A stretch of 63,957 nucleotides of DNA, filler included, from Nemertoderma westbladi (lineage: Eukaryota; Animalia; Xenacoelomorpha), in assembly GCA_032718475.1 (NCBI GenBank). It is 3 parts of 3 records of this genome, joined end to end, with 100 filler letters (N's around TTAATTAATTAA, not from the genome) between each part and the next. Parts side by side here need not be neighbours in the genome. Positions count along the whole stretch, not along the records: positions 22,128 to 49,846 come from JAUCBJ010005290.1; 2 more parts are not named here. One strand, given 5' to 3'. A model generated the notes under the pieces. The model did no database searches. It had not been told where the DNA came from and saw only the letters and a list, made by a program, of their open reading frames with translations. Made by a program: the position numbers and the translations under genes. How positions within the stretch are numbered: the first letter of the stretch is position 1; the number at the start of each line of letters is the position of its first letter. Below are positions 25,600 to 36,929 of this stretch, piece by piece.

Positions 25600-26650
25600 T
25601 GCTACTACTAGGATCGGCATGCTGCATTGCAGCTGCATTTTTAAGAATGCTGTGCGGGCTTATCGACAAAATTGCACCGCCACAACTCCCTATCACCCAT
25701 GACATTAGCTAGATCATCCGCATCTTCAAGGCCAGTGTCCTTTAAGATGCGTCTCAAGAAAGTCATGGGCTGTCCACCATGCTTATTCAATCCATGAGGC
25801 TGCCAAAGTACAAGATTATGCACTGGCTGGTCCTCACGACGAAAGCAATGTCCTGCAAAGCGGAGGCGATTTTGTTCTAGTGTCAAGCTTGGGGGAACCA
25901 ATGAGAAACCTCCAATGTTATATAGTGTCTGGTTGGAGATGTGTGCATTGTACTTGATACAATGAACCCGGCGTAGCATTCTTGTGAATGTGCCATCCAG
26001 AGATTTGGTGTCCTCAGCAGTTAGAGCCCAGCATGGACTCCTATAGAGGAGTACTGGAACTACTGCTGCTCTAAATAATCGGACCTTAAGTTTCCGATTA
26101 ATTCTCGGTGACTTCCAAATTCTGGAAAGCCTATTCAAGGCTGCCCATGCCTTTCCCTTACGTACCGGTATTCGAAGGTCCTCACCTGACTTCCGGATCC
26201 ATGATCCCAGGTAACAGAAGTCATCCACATGCTCAAGCATACCATCTTTTGAGCTTATGCTCATCCGATCAGAGACTTGCTGAGGACTTTCAAAGTTAAC
26301 TGTCAAAATTTTGGTCTTTCTGGAGTTAATAAAAAGACTAATACTACTAGAAGCAGCATGTTCTAATGAGCTGAGGAGCCGTTGGGCTCCCTCTAGTGAT
26401 TCTGAGAGTACTCCTAAGTCATCAGCAAAGTCTAGATCAGGATTTGGCAGGATTTCCTCGACTTCTGGAGCCAGTACAGCAGTAGGTGGAGTTATCATCA
26501 CCCCATCATCATTATGATGATCTAAGGACATGCGTAAAACATAGTCAACATCAACAACAATTACGAACAAGAATGGTGCAAGTGTGTCTCCCTGGAAGAC
26601 GCCCCATAACACTTCAAATGGTTCTGTGTCACCGTCAACAGTAGACACAA
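25600..26650 (-). pseudogene. RTE LINE 3' portion (same family as 812-2153)
   Basis: GVFQGDTLAPFLF, DFADD, FCYLGS, RLRFAGHCFR, DRELWR. Short 3' UTR ending in (TAG)n-like repeats. Confidence 0.9.
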
Positions 26651-26687
26651 TCATGACATTCTCCTACATAAATTGAGATGCATTGGC

Positions 26688-27843
26688 TGTAAAAGCTTTT
26701 GTGGGATATAACTGGCCCTTTTGCTTCACAATCCAGTTTCCCTCAATGCGCTCAAATACTCTAAAGAAAAACTCCCTAACTCAAATGATGCAAGCTACCG
26801 GCTGATTGGCTGATTTGCTGTACGTATGGCCTCTTTGTTCTGTTCGATCAACCAACCAGAGCAAGGTCAACCAAGCAGAGTGATTCATCCTGTGTGTTGG
26901 CTAAGGGCTGCAAAAACCCGAATAGTTCGGCATTTAGACATTCGTGGAATCTGTGGAATATGGAGCTCTGCCAATGAGAGCTTTTCCTCTTTGTGTTGAA
27001 AGCTACCTGCAACAGCTCACAGGGTTCAGTGTGTTGGTTTTTCCAGAGCCTAGAACATCGGCTATGAAATTATTCTGAATTATTCCAACATTAGAACGGC
27101 TTTACACATAAAGAACACATAACTGTTACCAGTACGGTACGGTACCTACTGCTGTATTGCACATTATTTACTGCTATTTACTGTTTGTTATTAATTGTAT
27201 CAGTTGTTTACATATTGTTATTTGGAGAATAACGATAAACGATCAGAAACCCCGATCTTCTTGATACACTAAGGTTAGAGAGACCGGTTACATATAGCAA
27301 TTGCGACTTATATTATCATGGTTTGTAGTGAATTGAATGCTATTTTATAGGCCCTACAAATGTCGGTTGCTATTCTCTTTATATATGATTAAAATCAGTG
27401 ACTATCGGCAATTCAGTGTGCAGCGGTGTGCAATAGTCTGTATGTGCTTGTCCGCGTAACAAAGCATCTACTAAAGAATGCGCCTTATGTGTAACTTATA
27501 ATCCATTCCGTTGTGTTTAGTGTAAGCCATAGCTCTGTTTATATAGATAGAGCGCCACGTCCTAAAGGAACTGCTAATATTTCCCGAAAGTGAATGATAT
27601 TTGTCAGGAATTATATTAACGATCAATCGAATAGTACAGTAGGCCTGCACCGCAATCAAATTAAAGCATCCGAATCCAGTCTCCCGGGTATATCCAGCGG
27701 GTGAATGGTCGCGCATAGACTGGCTTCGGCTAATGTTGGATTTATTTGTGTCAAATACTTGTCATAGGTTAAAGTCGATTTATAACCTAGAAGACATATA
27801 GATTTGGCGGGTTAAACTGCCAAAGGTCTTAAAAGCGCGAACA
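26688..27843 (+). repeat. 5' LTR of BEL copy C (1156 bp)
   Basis: TG...CA termini; direct repeat of 38531-39694. Confidence 0.96.
27119..27129 (+). promoter_or_regulatory. Putative transcript 5' end / self-primer (ATAACTGTTAC)
   Basis: Exact reverse complement of 27844-27854. Starts at the A of a C-A dinucleotide (YR initiator-like). The TSS assignment is inferred. Confidence 0.7.
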
Positions 27844-27854
27844 GTAACAGTTAT
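27844..27854 (+). promoter_or_regulatory. Non-tRNA primer-binding site (GTAACAGTTAT)
   Basis: Abuts the LTR, lacks TGG, and is complementary to 27119-27129. Confidence 0.75.
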
Positions 27855-28187
27855 TAACTCTGATTGCAGTGTAGGCAATAAATACAGTTTACTATTGTTC
27901 TGGTAAGAACAATAACAGATATAGCTTCTGTATTGCAGTAGGCAATAAAGCTGAAGTACCGGTTAACCGGTACCTAGTAGGCCTGACTACCTAACCACCC
28001 GGACCGGTACCTACAGCAGTACAGGTACAGCAGTGTTATTCGAATGTGAAATTGTATACCGGTAGGCTGTTTAAGAGATTAGGGACTGTACACCCCTTGT
28101 TTCTTTTGGAGCTTACTTATTTCTGTCAGTTTTATTTACTTGTAGGTTAATATTGAGCAGAAGACGTGTAAGCCTGCCCAGATTGTA

Positions 28188-28768
28188 CAGACAATTTGTA
28201 GGCTGGACTGTTGTCTGACTGTTGTTAAGTCTGAAGGGACTGTAGTGTGTGTAGAGCGTATGTCCGAAAAAGTACTAGTTAGGAAAGTAGGGGCTGCCAG
28301 TGCTGTGAGGTGAACCCCCTCGAAAGAATAAGTCGTACTACTCGGTTAGAACGCATACTAACTAACCATTTCGGAGTCTGCATATACTGTAGTTTATTTA
28401 GGCTTGATAGTAGTCTGCCAGCGTTTGGTCTGTATTTTGTATGTGTAGTCTGTACGGGTAGCGTAATATTTATTACTTAGATAATTTGTAGGCTGGATTT
28501 TGTCTGGCTGTTGTTAGGTCTGAAGAGATTTCGGTATGTGTAGAGTGTATGTCCGATAAAGTGCCAGTTGGGAACGTAGGGGCTTCCAGAGCTGTGAGGT
28601 AAACCCCCTCGAAAGAATAAGTCGTACTACTCGGTTAGAACGCATACTAACTAACCATTTCGGAGTGTGCATATACCGTAGTTTGTTTAGGCTTGATAGT
28701 AGTCTGTCAGTATTTGGTCTGCATTTTGTTTGAGTAGTCTGTACGCGTAGCGTAATATTTATTATTCA
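28188..28768. repeat. Tandem duplication (~290-bp unit x2) in the BEL 5' leader; also at ~47104-47678
   Basis: AGAYAATTTGTAGGCTG...GTAGCGTAATATTTATT is repeated in both copies C and D. Confidence 0.85.
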
Positions 28769-29162
28769 GAGTTTATGTGATTATTCGCAACCTTCATATA
28801 TCCCCAAGTTTATTCCTACAGTAATTGTGCTTGTTATATATACCGTTATAGTTAAACTAACCCCGGTACTACATCAGGGCTGCTTGGCGTAGGTAAAGAC
28901 TGGTGATTTTGTGCCCCGGTCACTCCAGCAGATACCGTGGTTCTTTTAGCTGTTCAAGTATTTTTAACTACTGATTATTTGTTGTATAAGTACTTGTACC
29001 TAATTTAGGGTTTAGTGTACAGTACTTTCCGAAGGTGATTAGTGTGTGGGCAGTATATTTGTGTTGTAAAGTGGTTAATAGGCACGTTGGTTCTGGTAGA
29101 CCGCGGTAATTAACTTCTAGGTAGGAACACTCCGTGATACATAACGTGGTACTTATAGCGAT

Positions 29163-29501
29163 AGTACGAATTTTTACGGTAATTTTACAAGAAGTCTACA
29201 AACCAGCCTAACAAAGGGTTAGAATATCTGGTTATTACAAAGGACAGGGTACTACGGTATTTGAAAATAATAAGTAGTAGTAAATATACTGCGTTGTCCA
29301 GATAGGAAAAATACCACCGTCTGACAACGCTATAAGTCGTCAGACGGTGGTATTTTTCCTATCTGGACAACGCAGTATATTTACTACTACTTATTATTTT
29401 CAAATACCGTAGTACCCTGTCCTTTGTAATAACCAGATATTCTAACCCTTTGTTAGGCTGGTTTGTAGACTTCTTGTAAAATTACCCTAAAAATTCGTAC
29501 T
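29163..29501. repeat. Near-perfect inverted repeat (~163-bp arms, 13-nt spacer)
   Basis: 29163-29325 is the reverse complement of 29339-29501, with one mismatch seen. Copy D has only one arm. Confidence 0.95.
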
Positions 29502-29714
29502 TGTAATTTTTGTGTTTATTTAGAGATTGTAATCTCACCCGAATTGTATGTAATTTGTAGTATTAAGTAACTTAGGTAAATTAGAATTATTTGTTTTAGT
29601 GTCCAACAAGTAGCACTCCACTGAGAGCGCACAGCTTCTGTGTAGTGACTTCCCCCAGAAATAATAACATTTATTTCAAATATTGACAAAAACCCATTTT
29701 AACGGGTATATATA

Positions 29715-30024
29715 CTAGAGACGGCGTCAAGATGCCGTTAAGCAAGTCGGAAGTCATCAATCAAATGTAAATTCCATCAACAAGCTGTCATTGGTGTTAT
29801 TTTACCATTGCGCCTATGGCGTTTTTTTCATTTATGTCTATTTTTCGAGCCCACGGCTCATGGACGAAATAGCGGAACATACCAGGGACCTTAGAATCGT
29901 GGTATCTAGCCGCTGTGAAAATTTCATCAAAATCGTTAGAGTAGTTTTGGCTGTAGATCAGTCAGTCAGCCAGCCAGCCAGTCAGCCAACAATTCTTACA
30001 GTAATCAAGTCCTACGACTTGCTA
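29715..30024 (-). mobile_element. Small HINE/DINE-like non-autonomous rolling-circle element
   Basis: Absent from copy D. CTAG terminus next to hairpin GACGGCGTC-AA-GATGCCGTT. Subterminal IR AGCAAGTCG/CGACTTGCT. Internal (CAGY)n microsatellite. Confidence 0.7.
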
Positions 30025-30698
30025 ATTATAAATCAACTCAAACCGATTTATAAAATAGTAGGCCTGTCTTACAACAATTAGGTCAAAATATCAGTTGGAC
30101 TACTGCTTAAATAACGGTAATCAAGAAAAGCAAAGTAACCAAGTAACCCCTAAAATTTCAGAAATTCAATTATTCTAAAATAATTGACATACCGGTATTT
30201 ACCATAGGCTTATTATATTTATTTCTATAAATTTAGGCTAAATTATATACCGGTATTCTGTAATTAATTCTAGTCTGTAATTATACTTCTATATATACAT
30301 TATAAGTGTAAGCTGTATACCGGTATTCACGATAGGCCTATTATATATTTATAAATTTAGGCTGAAATTATACCGGTATTCTGTAATTAATTCTAGTTAA
30401 TAATTATACTTATATATACTATAAGTGTAAGCTGTATACCAGTATTCACGATAGGCCTATTATATATATTTATATATTTGTGCTAAAATTATATACTGGT
30501 ATTCTGTGACAAATCTAGTCTGTGACAATACTTATATATATATATTATAAGCATACCGGTATTCTAATATATTATATATATATTACGCTACACTGAGTAG
30601 CAGTATCGGTAATTAATTACTAAGCTAACAGTGATACTGAATTACTAGACTTGCTTAAACTGTAATAGAGCAGTAGGCATTCAACTGTACAAACAAAC

Positions 30699-33600
30699 AT
30701 GTCTGACACAAAGCAAAACCTGTCAGACAGTCTCCTAGATACAACCATCTGTGACCCAGACAGGAGTGTGGAACGTGTGAGACCGAAGTTCAACTCACCT
30801 CCTACTGTAAGAAAGATCATCCCTCCAGTAGTAATATCAGACCCTAGGCTAGTCCAACACCGTAGGTCTGTCATAGGCACTAGAGCTCAGGTCAAGCAGG
30901 ACCAAGAAGCAGTGGAACAGCAACAACCCGCGAGCCAAGAACTTGTTTCTCAGCGGCCCGACAGCTCCAGTAGTGCGGATACTGTAGAGCTGACACCCGA
31001 GCACGGAGCAAAGATGACAGATGCGGTTTATTCGGACCACCTTCTCATCCTTCCTGCAGCCGTACTCACTAGGTTATTGATTGCGGTGGAAGAACACCAG
31101 ATCGATTGGGCGAGAAATAAGCGATCGACTAAAGATAGTTATGCGGGATACACAAGGGAAGAACTGAAGTCTATTGTCGAGTCGCAATGGAACTTCCCCG
31201 GACCCGGACTCCCGTTTGATTTATCAGAAGCTGCCTGGGAAGACATACACAGGATGGGAGTAATCAAGGAAACCATCGATCCAGCTGTGTGGAAGAGGTC
31301 CGCAGCCGGATACGTACAGGGATTCTTCAGCTCCATGGAGCGATTAGAAGAACAATTGTTTAGACAATCACAAGGACCTCAAGAGCAGGGAGAACTGCTT
31401 TATCAAGTTCGAGAAAGAATTCTAAGAATCAGACTAATCCTATCGGCCTTTGAGGAGGCTTCGAAAAGAAAACAGGACACGTCGTTGCAAGTTGCCGTAA
31501 AAACTTGGTTACAGCGGGTGAGTCTCCAAGTTCAAAGAACTGCCCCGTGGAAATCTCAGTTAGCGGAGCGCTCAACCCTTGGAGAATCCACAGACGCCAC
31601 ATTTTCCCAAGTGGAAAGTGAAGCGACGGTGGAGAAACCGCATAAGAGGGATGCTATTGACATCTATCTGTCGGACTATCAACGTTTTGTATGAGATGAA
31701 GAGTTGAGGAGAAGACTAGATGGACTTAGCCCTAATAGTGAAGGAGCCAAGCTTGTGTTGGACGCAATCGATGTGGATAGGTTAGCTGCGAACCAAGCTA
31801 AATTCAATGAAAGCATCCGCATCGCTAAGGTTCAAGAAGTACAAGTAAAGAAAAAACGTATAGAAGATAGAAAGACAGCAGCAGCGGCAGTGGCAGCGGC
31901 CGAAGCGGAAAGAAAGCTAGCAGTGGCAGAAGCAGAACGGAGGGCATCTGAAGAGACAACCCAACTAGAGTTGGAAAATCTTCAAGAGAGGCAAGACAAC
32001 TTCAATAAACAGTTAACAGCTAGTAATATGCAGATGATGAGTCGATCTACTCCCAAAAGACAGGGATATACATCATCTGAGGAAGGCGATACCATCGATA
32101 CTGAAGGCGGAGGAAATAGATCTCGTCTAAGCAGACGTAGAAGAATATCCCACCGTCAGAAATTGCCTGATTTGCCCCCAGCTGTTAGAAGGCAACTAAA
32201 TAACACAAACTTAGGTAGTACAGAACCCACAGACCAAATAATTAAAATAGAAAGACTCCCTACTATAGTAGATGAGCCTGAAATAATTAGGCCTGTTCCC
32301 GAAGCCACCCCTTCGGTGATAGAGACACCTGTACTCCCTGAACCTACCTCTAAATTCCCTCTGCACAGCACTAAGCTATCTGTGCCCCACAGAACCACCC
32401 TTGAAAATGTTCATGTCCTGGACTCCGAGCGAAATATTAATGATTTGTCGCCCGTTGTCCCTCGTCCGCCCGCTACAACGTTGGCGCCTCCCGCTTCGGC
32501 GGTCGAGTGGGTAGATGAGGGACGACGGGAGATGGGTCTCCTGCTCGGGCAGTTGAGGGAACACCGTTCCCGCTCCTCTCAGCAAGTCCAGGAGATGGAG
32601 GGGACTGTGCAGCAGTTAAAGGGAACAGTTAGAGAGAGTAGGTTAGAGTTGCAAGAAGTGCAGCAAAGTATCGCGTTAGAACGCGATAAATTAGTAAATA
32701 CACAAAAGGGTATACCACCACCCCCTGTAACAATGTGTCAACCTGTTAGGTCTGAAGTATTTCATGCGCAAGGTGTGGAGCCTACACGCATCTATACTGC
32801 TAGCGAAGTGGAAACTCCTATAGTAAACCCTATTAAGGGTAATTATAAACCTGTTGACAATGATATTCCATATAGACTTGATAATAATCCGAGAAATTTA
32901 TATACCGATAATTCGATATTAAATAACACGATGGCCCAAGAAAGTTTTACGCGTCAAATGGCTAGAACCGAAGCCCGTCAAGCAGTAAAGGTGGGAGAGA
33001 TCGTCAAGTTCAATGGAGATGAGATGAAATGGTTACCTTTTAATGAATATTACAAAGATAATGTACAGAACTCTGTGCTATCTAACGGAGAGAAACTTAG
33101 ATTCCTTATCGAGTGCTTGGAAGGATCTCCCAAGTTAATGGCGTTAAAGTTTATTGGACATCCAGATGGATTAAGACAAGTTTGGGATACACTGAACATC
33201 AGGTATGGTAATAGGACTAACATAGCTAGGTATTTATATGCGAAATTAATGGCGCCCCGAAAGTTTCTTAGCAGCAGGATTATAGAGTTTTCCTACGAGA
33301 TTCAGGAGATCTGTAGACAACTAGATTGGTTAGGTAAGTCTCATGAATACCAGAATTCTATGGTTGTAGGAGCCTTAGCATCTAATTTGCCCAAGGGCGG
33401 AGTAGGTACACGCTGGGACAAGACAGTGTTATATATGATGGAACAACAACGAAGAGATCCTACCATGGCTGATCTCATGTCATTCTTAGATGGAGAGGTA
33501 AAATTACAGCTCCTAAAGCAGTCCAGAGAGAAGACACCGGAAAACAAGGTAAGTGAGAAACCCGTTTCTAGGAGAAAGGTAATACCAGTGTGTTATACAG

Positions 33601-35272
33601 ACGACGGCGAAAGCCAGGCTTCTCAAGAGGAAGACAGCGGGAAAGACACTGAAAGATCTTACTATGACAACAAAGCGCCTAAGGACGTAAGTAAATTCAA
33701 GTCTCGAACCAATGACAGGAGAGAACAGGTAAGAAAAACTCCTCCTACGTCTCCTAAGAGAATTCATGTAAGAAAGCCCGAAGAAAGAACGAGTGTGCAC
33801 AACGTTACTCAAAGTAAGGTAAGTAACATCAAACCAAAATGTGTGCTGTGCGACGGGCCCCCCGTTTAAGTGCGTGTGATGAATTCCTGAGGAAATCACT
33901 AAAGGACAGACGTGAAGTCATGTGGGATAAGCGGTTGTGTTATAATTGCCTCAGACGAGGACACCAACGGCGAACCTGTTACTCCGACGCAAGGTGTGCA
34001 AAGTGCGGCGCAAAACATCATATCTTGTTGCACACTGAATTCGATCGAAACAGCCCGAGTCAGGTAAGTGAGTCCGAACTACATGTCCAATTCAGTGATG
34101 TGAACGACACTGACCAAAGTTCTGAGATTGAAGGATTCTATACGGACGAATTCTCCGACGAAGATGAATCCTGTTACATGATAAATACCGCAGTGTATCG
34201 AGCACTTACGTATGAAAAAGATACAAACAGCGAGCTCACCCTAACTACTTCTGATCGACAACCATCTTGGAAAGCACCAACTTCCAATGTAGGAATCCGA
34301 GAATTTCCCGTAGTGCAGTTAAGGGTCCACGGACCTAAAAGGAGTTATATAGTGAACGCCCTCCTTGACTCCGGTAGCACAGGAACATTCATCGACAAAG
34401 AACTAGCCGAAGACATCTTTGCTGGACAACCCAAGTTCCGAACTAAGTTAATCATGTCAGGAATTATGCAGGTTTGGAAATCTACAGTAATAGCGGATTA
34501 TTATGTAGGTGCGTTGTCCACCCCCCAGGATGAACTAGGAGAACATAGTATAAGGTCAGTAAAAATGGTGGCGATAAAGAACTTCGCTACCAGCCAAGTA
34601 GAACCTTATAACTGGGATGAGGACGATTCCACCCAGCAGCTTAATGTACCTAGATTCAACACAGATTACCCTGGAGTGCAAATACTCATCGGCCAAAATG
34701 CGCATGAAGCGCTTGAGACATTGGAGAAACGGCCTGCTCAACCGCAACCATTACAAGTCTATGCGGGAAGAACTAGAGTGGGTTGGTACTTTACTGGCCC
34801 TTCCCGTAGAACTCTCATGGAAAGATTACCGAAAGAACAGGTATATCAATTAAGTGAACGGGCAGTGGAGAGCAGTGAAGTTGACAACCCAACTGAGGGA
34901 ACACCATACTCCTCAGATAATGACGATATCAACTCCAATGTAGATCAATGGAGACATTGCCCCGAGACGATTAATCTAGCCGACATCGCTTCCAGAGGAG
35001 CAACTCCTCAAGAACTGATAGACACTCCAGCGTGGTTAGGTGGACCTGACTTCCTAAGTAAAGAAGATGAATGGCCGCCTCCTCATCTTACCCCGGCTAA
35101 GATTAGACAGACCAAGGGAGCGGAGAAAGTAACACAACAACTCAATCGCCCAGCTGGTCGTTTATGTTTACTGGAAAGAAACCGAAAACTGTCCGGAAAC
35201 TATGGAAAGCAAGATACTCTTCCCACGACCACCTCCCTAATCCAACAAATATCTAGGGACTCCATAACGTAA
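30699..35272 (+). pseudogene. gag-pol: BEL/Pao gag-protease fused to RNase H and integrase tail remnants; in-frame TGA at 31692, 1-nt frameshift near 33860, RT deleted
   Basis: Gag core KFNGDEMKWLPF...EKLRFLIECLEG...WDTLNIRYG. Three knuckles: CVLC, CYNCLRRGHQRRTC, CAKCGAKHHILLH. Protease ALLDSGS. Then QWRHCP..NLADIASRG and RPAGRLCLLE. Confidence 0.9.
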
Positions 35273-36929
35273 CAACATACGGAGTGGGTGTGTGACTATA
35301 TTATTTTATATTTATTTCTATTATTTTATATTATGTATGTATTATTATGTAATTTCATTATAATCGTTTTCTTTAATTTTATTTAGTAGAATGTTATTTT
35401 AGCGATTATTTAGTAGATTAGTGCAATATATTAGCGTTTATTACTTAATTACCTGTATATTATATATTTAGTGCGACGGCGAGAAATAATTCTTTTTCTC
35501 TTTCCTTACTGTCCGTATTACATTATAAATACGTGACTACAGTAAGATGAAATCTCCGTACTTATTAAAGTACAATAAAGCTCCTACTATATTTAAGTAT
35601 TATTGGTAGGCAGAGTATTAGGAATGCAAAGTTCAGATCCTCGTGTCTCGGCTAAACCAAGCTCTGGGTAGACCTTGGAAACGACTTGCCTCTTCACACT
35701 GACATTGCTTCGTGCGATATTGCTCTCATACCGTATATTAAATAATACATATAGTAGCGTGATGTCCCATTAACAGTAGCGTAAAACGCAAAATAAATCT
35801 GTTAAACCCTTTGACCATCTGCAATTCTAGTCGATTAAGATATCGCGGCACCCACCGATATACTTGAAAGACAAATTTCTAGAATCAGTGGTTAACGTCC
35901 CCAGACTTGTTCTGGAATAAACCGGTGCCCATCCCAAATATTAACTATTAATATTTATAAAATCCGTCAAATTTCAGATCCTTTAACATTCTAGTCGATT
36001 AAGATATCGTAGCACTTACCGATACTCTTAAAAAGACAAAATTCCTAGAATCAAGGATCCCAGTCCCCAGACTTGTTCTGGAATAAAATTGTGTCTATTT
36101 TAATATTAAATAATAAAATTACGGGAATAAATTTAAATTCATCTTTTAATGAATTTGATAAATTGTTATTTTATACAATTTATAATATTCCCAAAATTCC
36201 ATTAATTAATAGATCATGGGAGCGGAGATTCACCTATTAAGTGTATTAGTGTGCGAGAATCTCCAATATAGAGTCAATAGCCGATAAAATTCATAAAATC
36301 ATGTATCAAGATGATATTGACCATTAAAGACTTACTATTAAATAGCATCCCAGATCTGTATGCATGGGAATTACCCTAATTCTACCGCTAGCTTTCCATA
36401 ATGTCACCATAGCAACAACCACGCTAGAATTAGAAGCGAGTTAACAGAACAATAAAAAGCTTGCTCATTGAATAGCATACGGAATAAATAGCACACCGCT
36501 AGTATCCAAGGATACATAATAACAACGTGACATTCTGGAAGGCACTTGACTAACGGATAAATGACCCGAATGTGTGATAGAATGTGTGCCATTTGTGACA
36601 GTTACGTGGAATTTGTGCGTTTGTAGGTGAATGTTACTACTAAGGTGTGTTTACAGTAGCGAGTCGCAATTGTGAAAGTAGCCCTAACTCTCCAGTAAGA
36701 ACCTGAAGTATATCTAAGCCTTTGGGACGGACGGTGGAGTGACTCGTGCTGGTTGTTGTAGTCGTTGTGCAGCTACGACGTTGGCGATAGGCACATCGGC
36801 GAAAGTACACCAGCGCTGAGGATCTCGCACTGTCCGGGGGCAGAGAGGGGTAGGCAGCGATGCCCGCTCGCCTAAATATAAACTCATTATATAACCTTAT
36901 ATAAACTTAGATAAACTTATATAGCAGAT

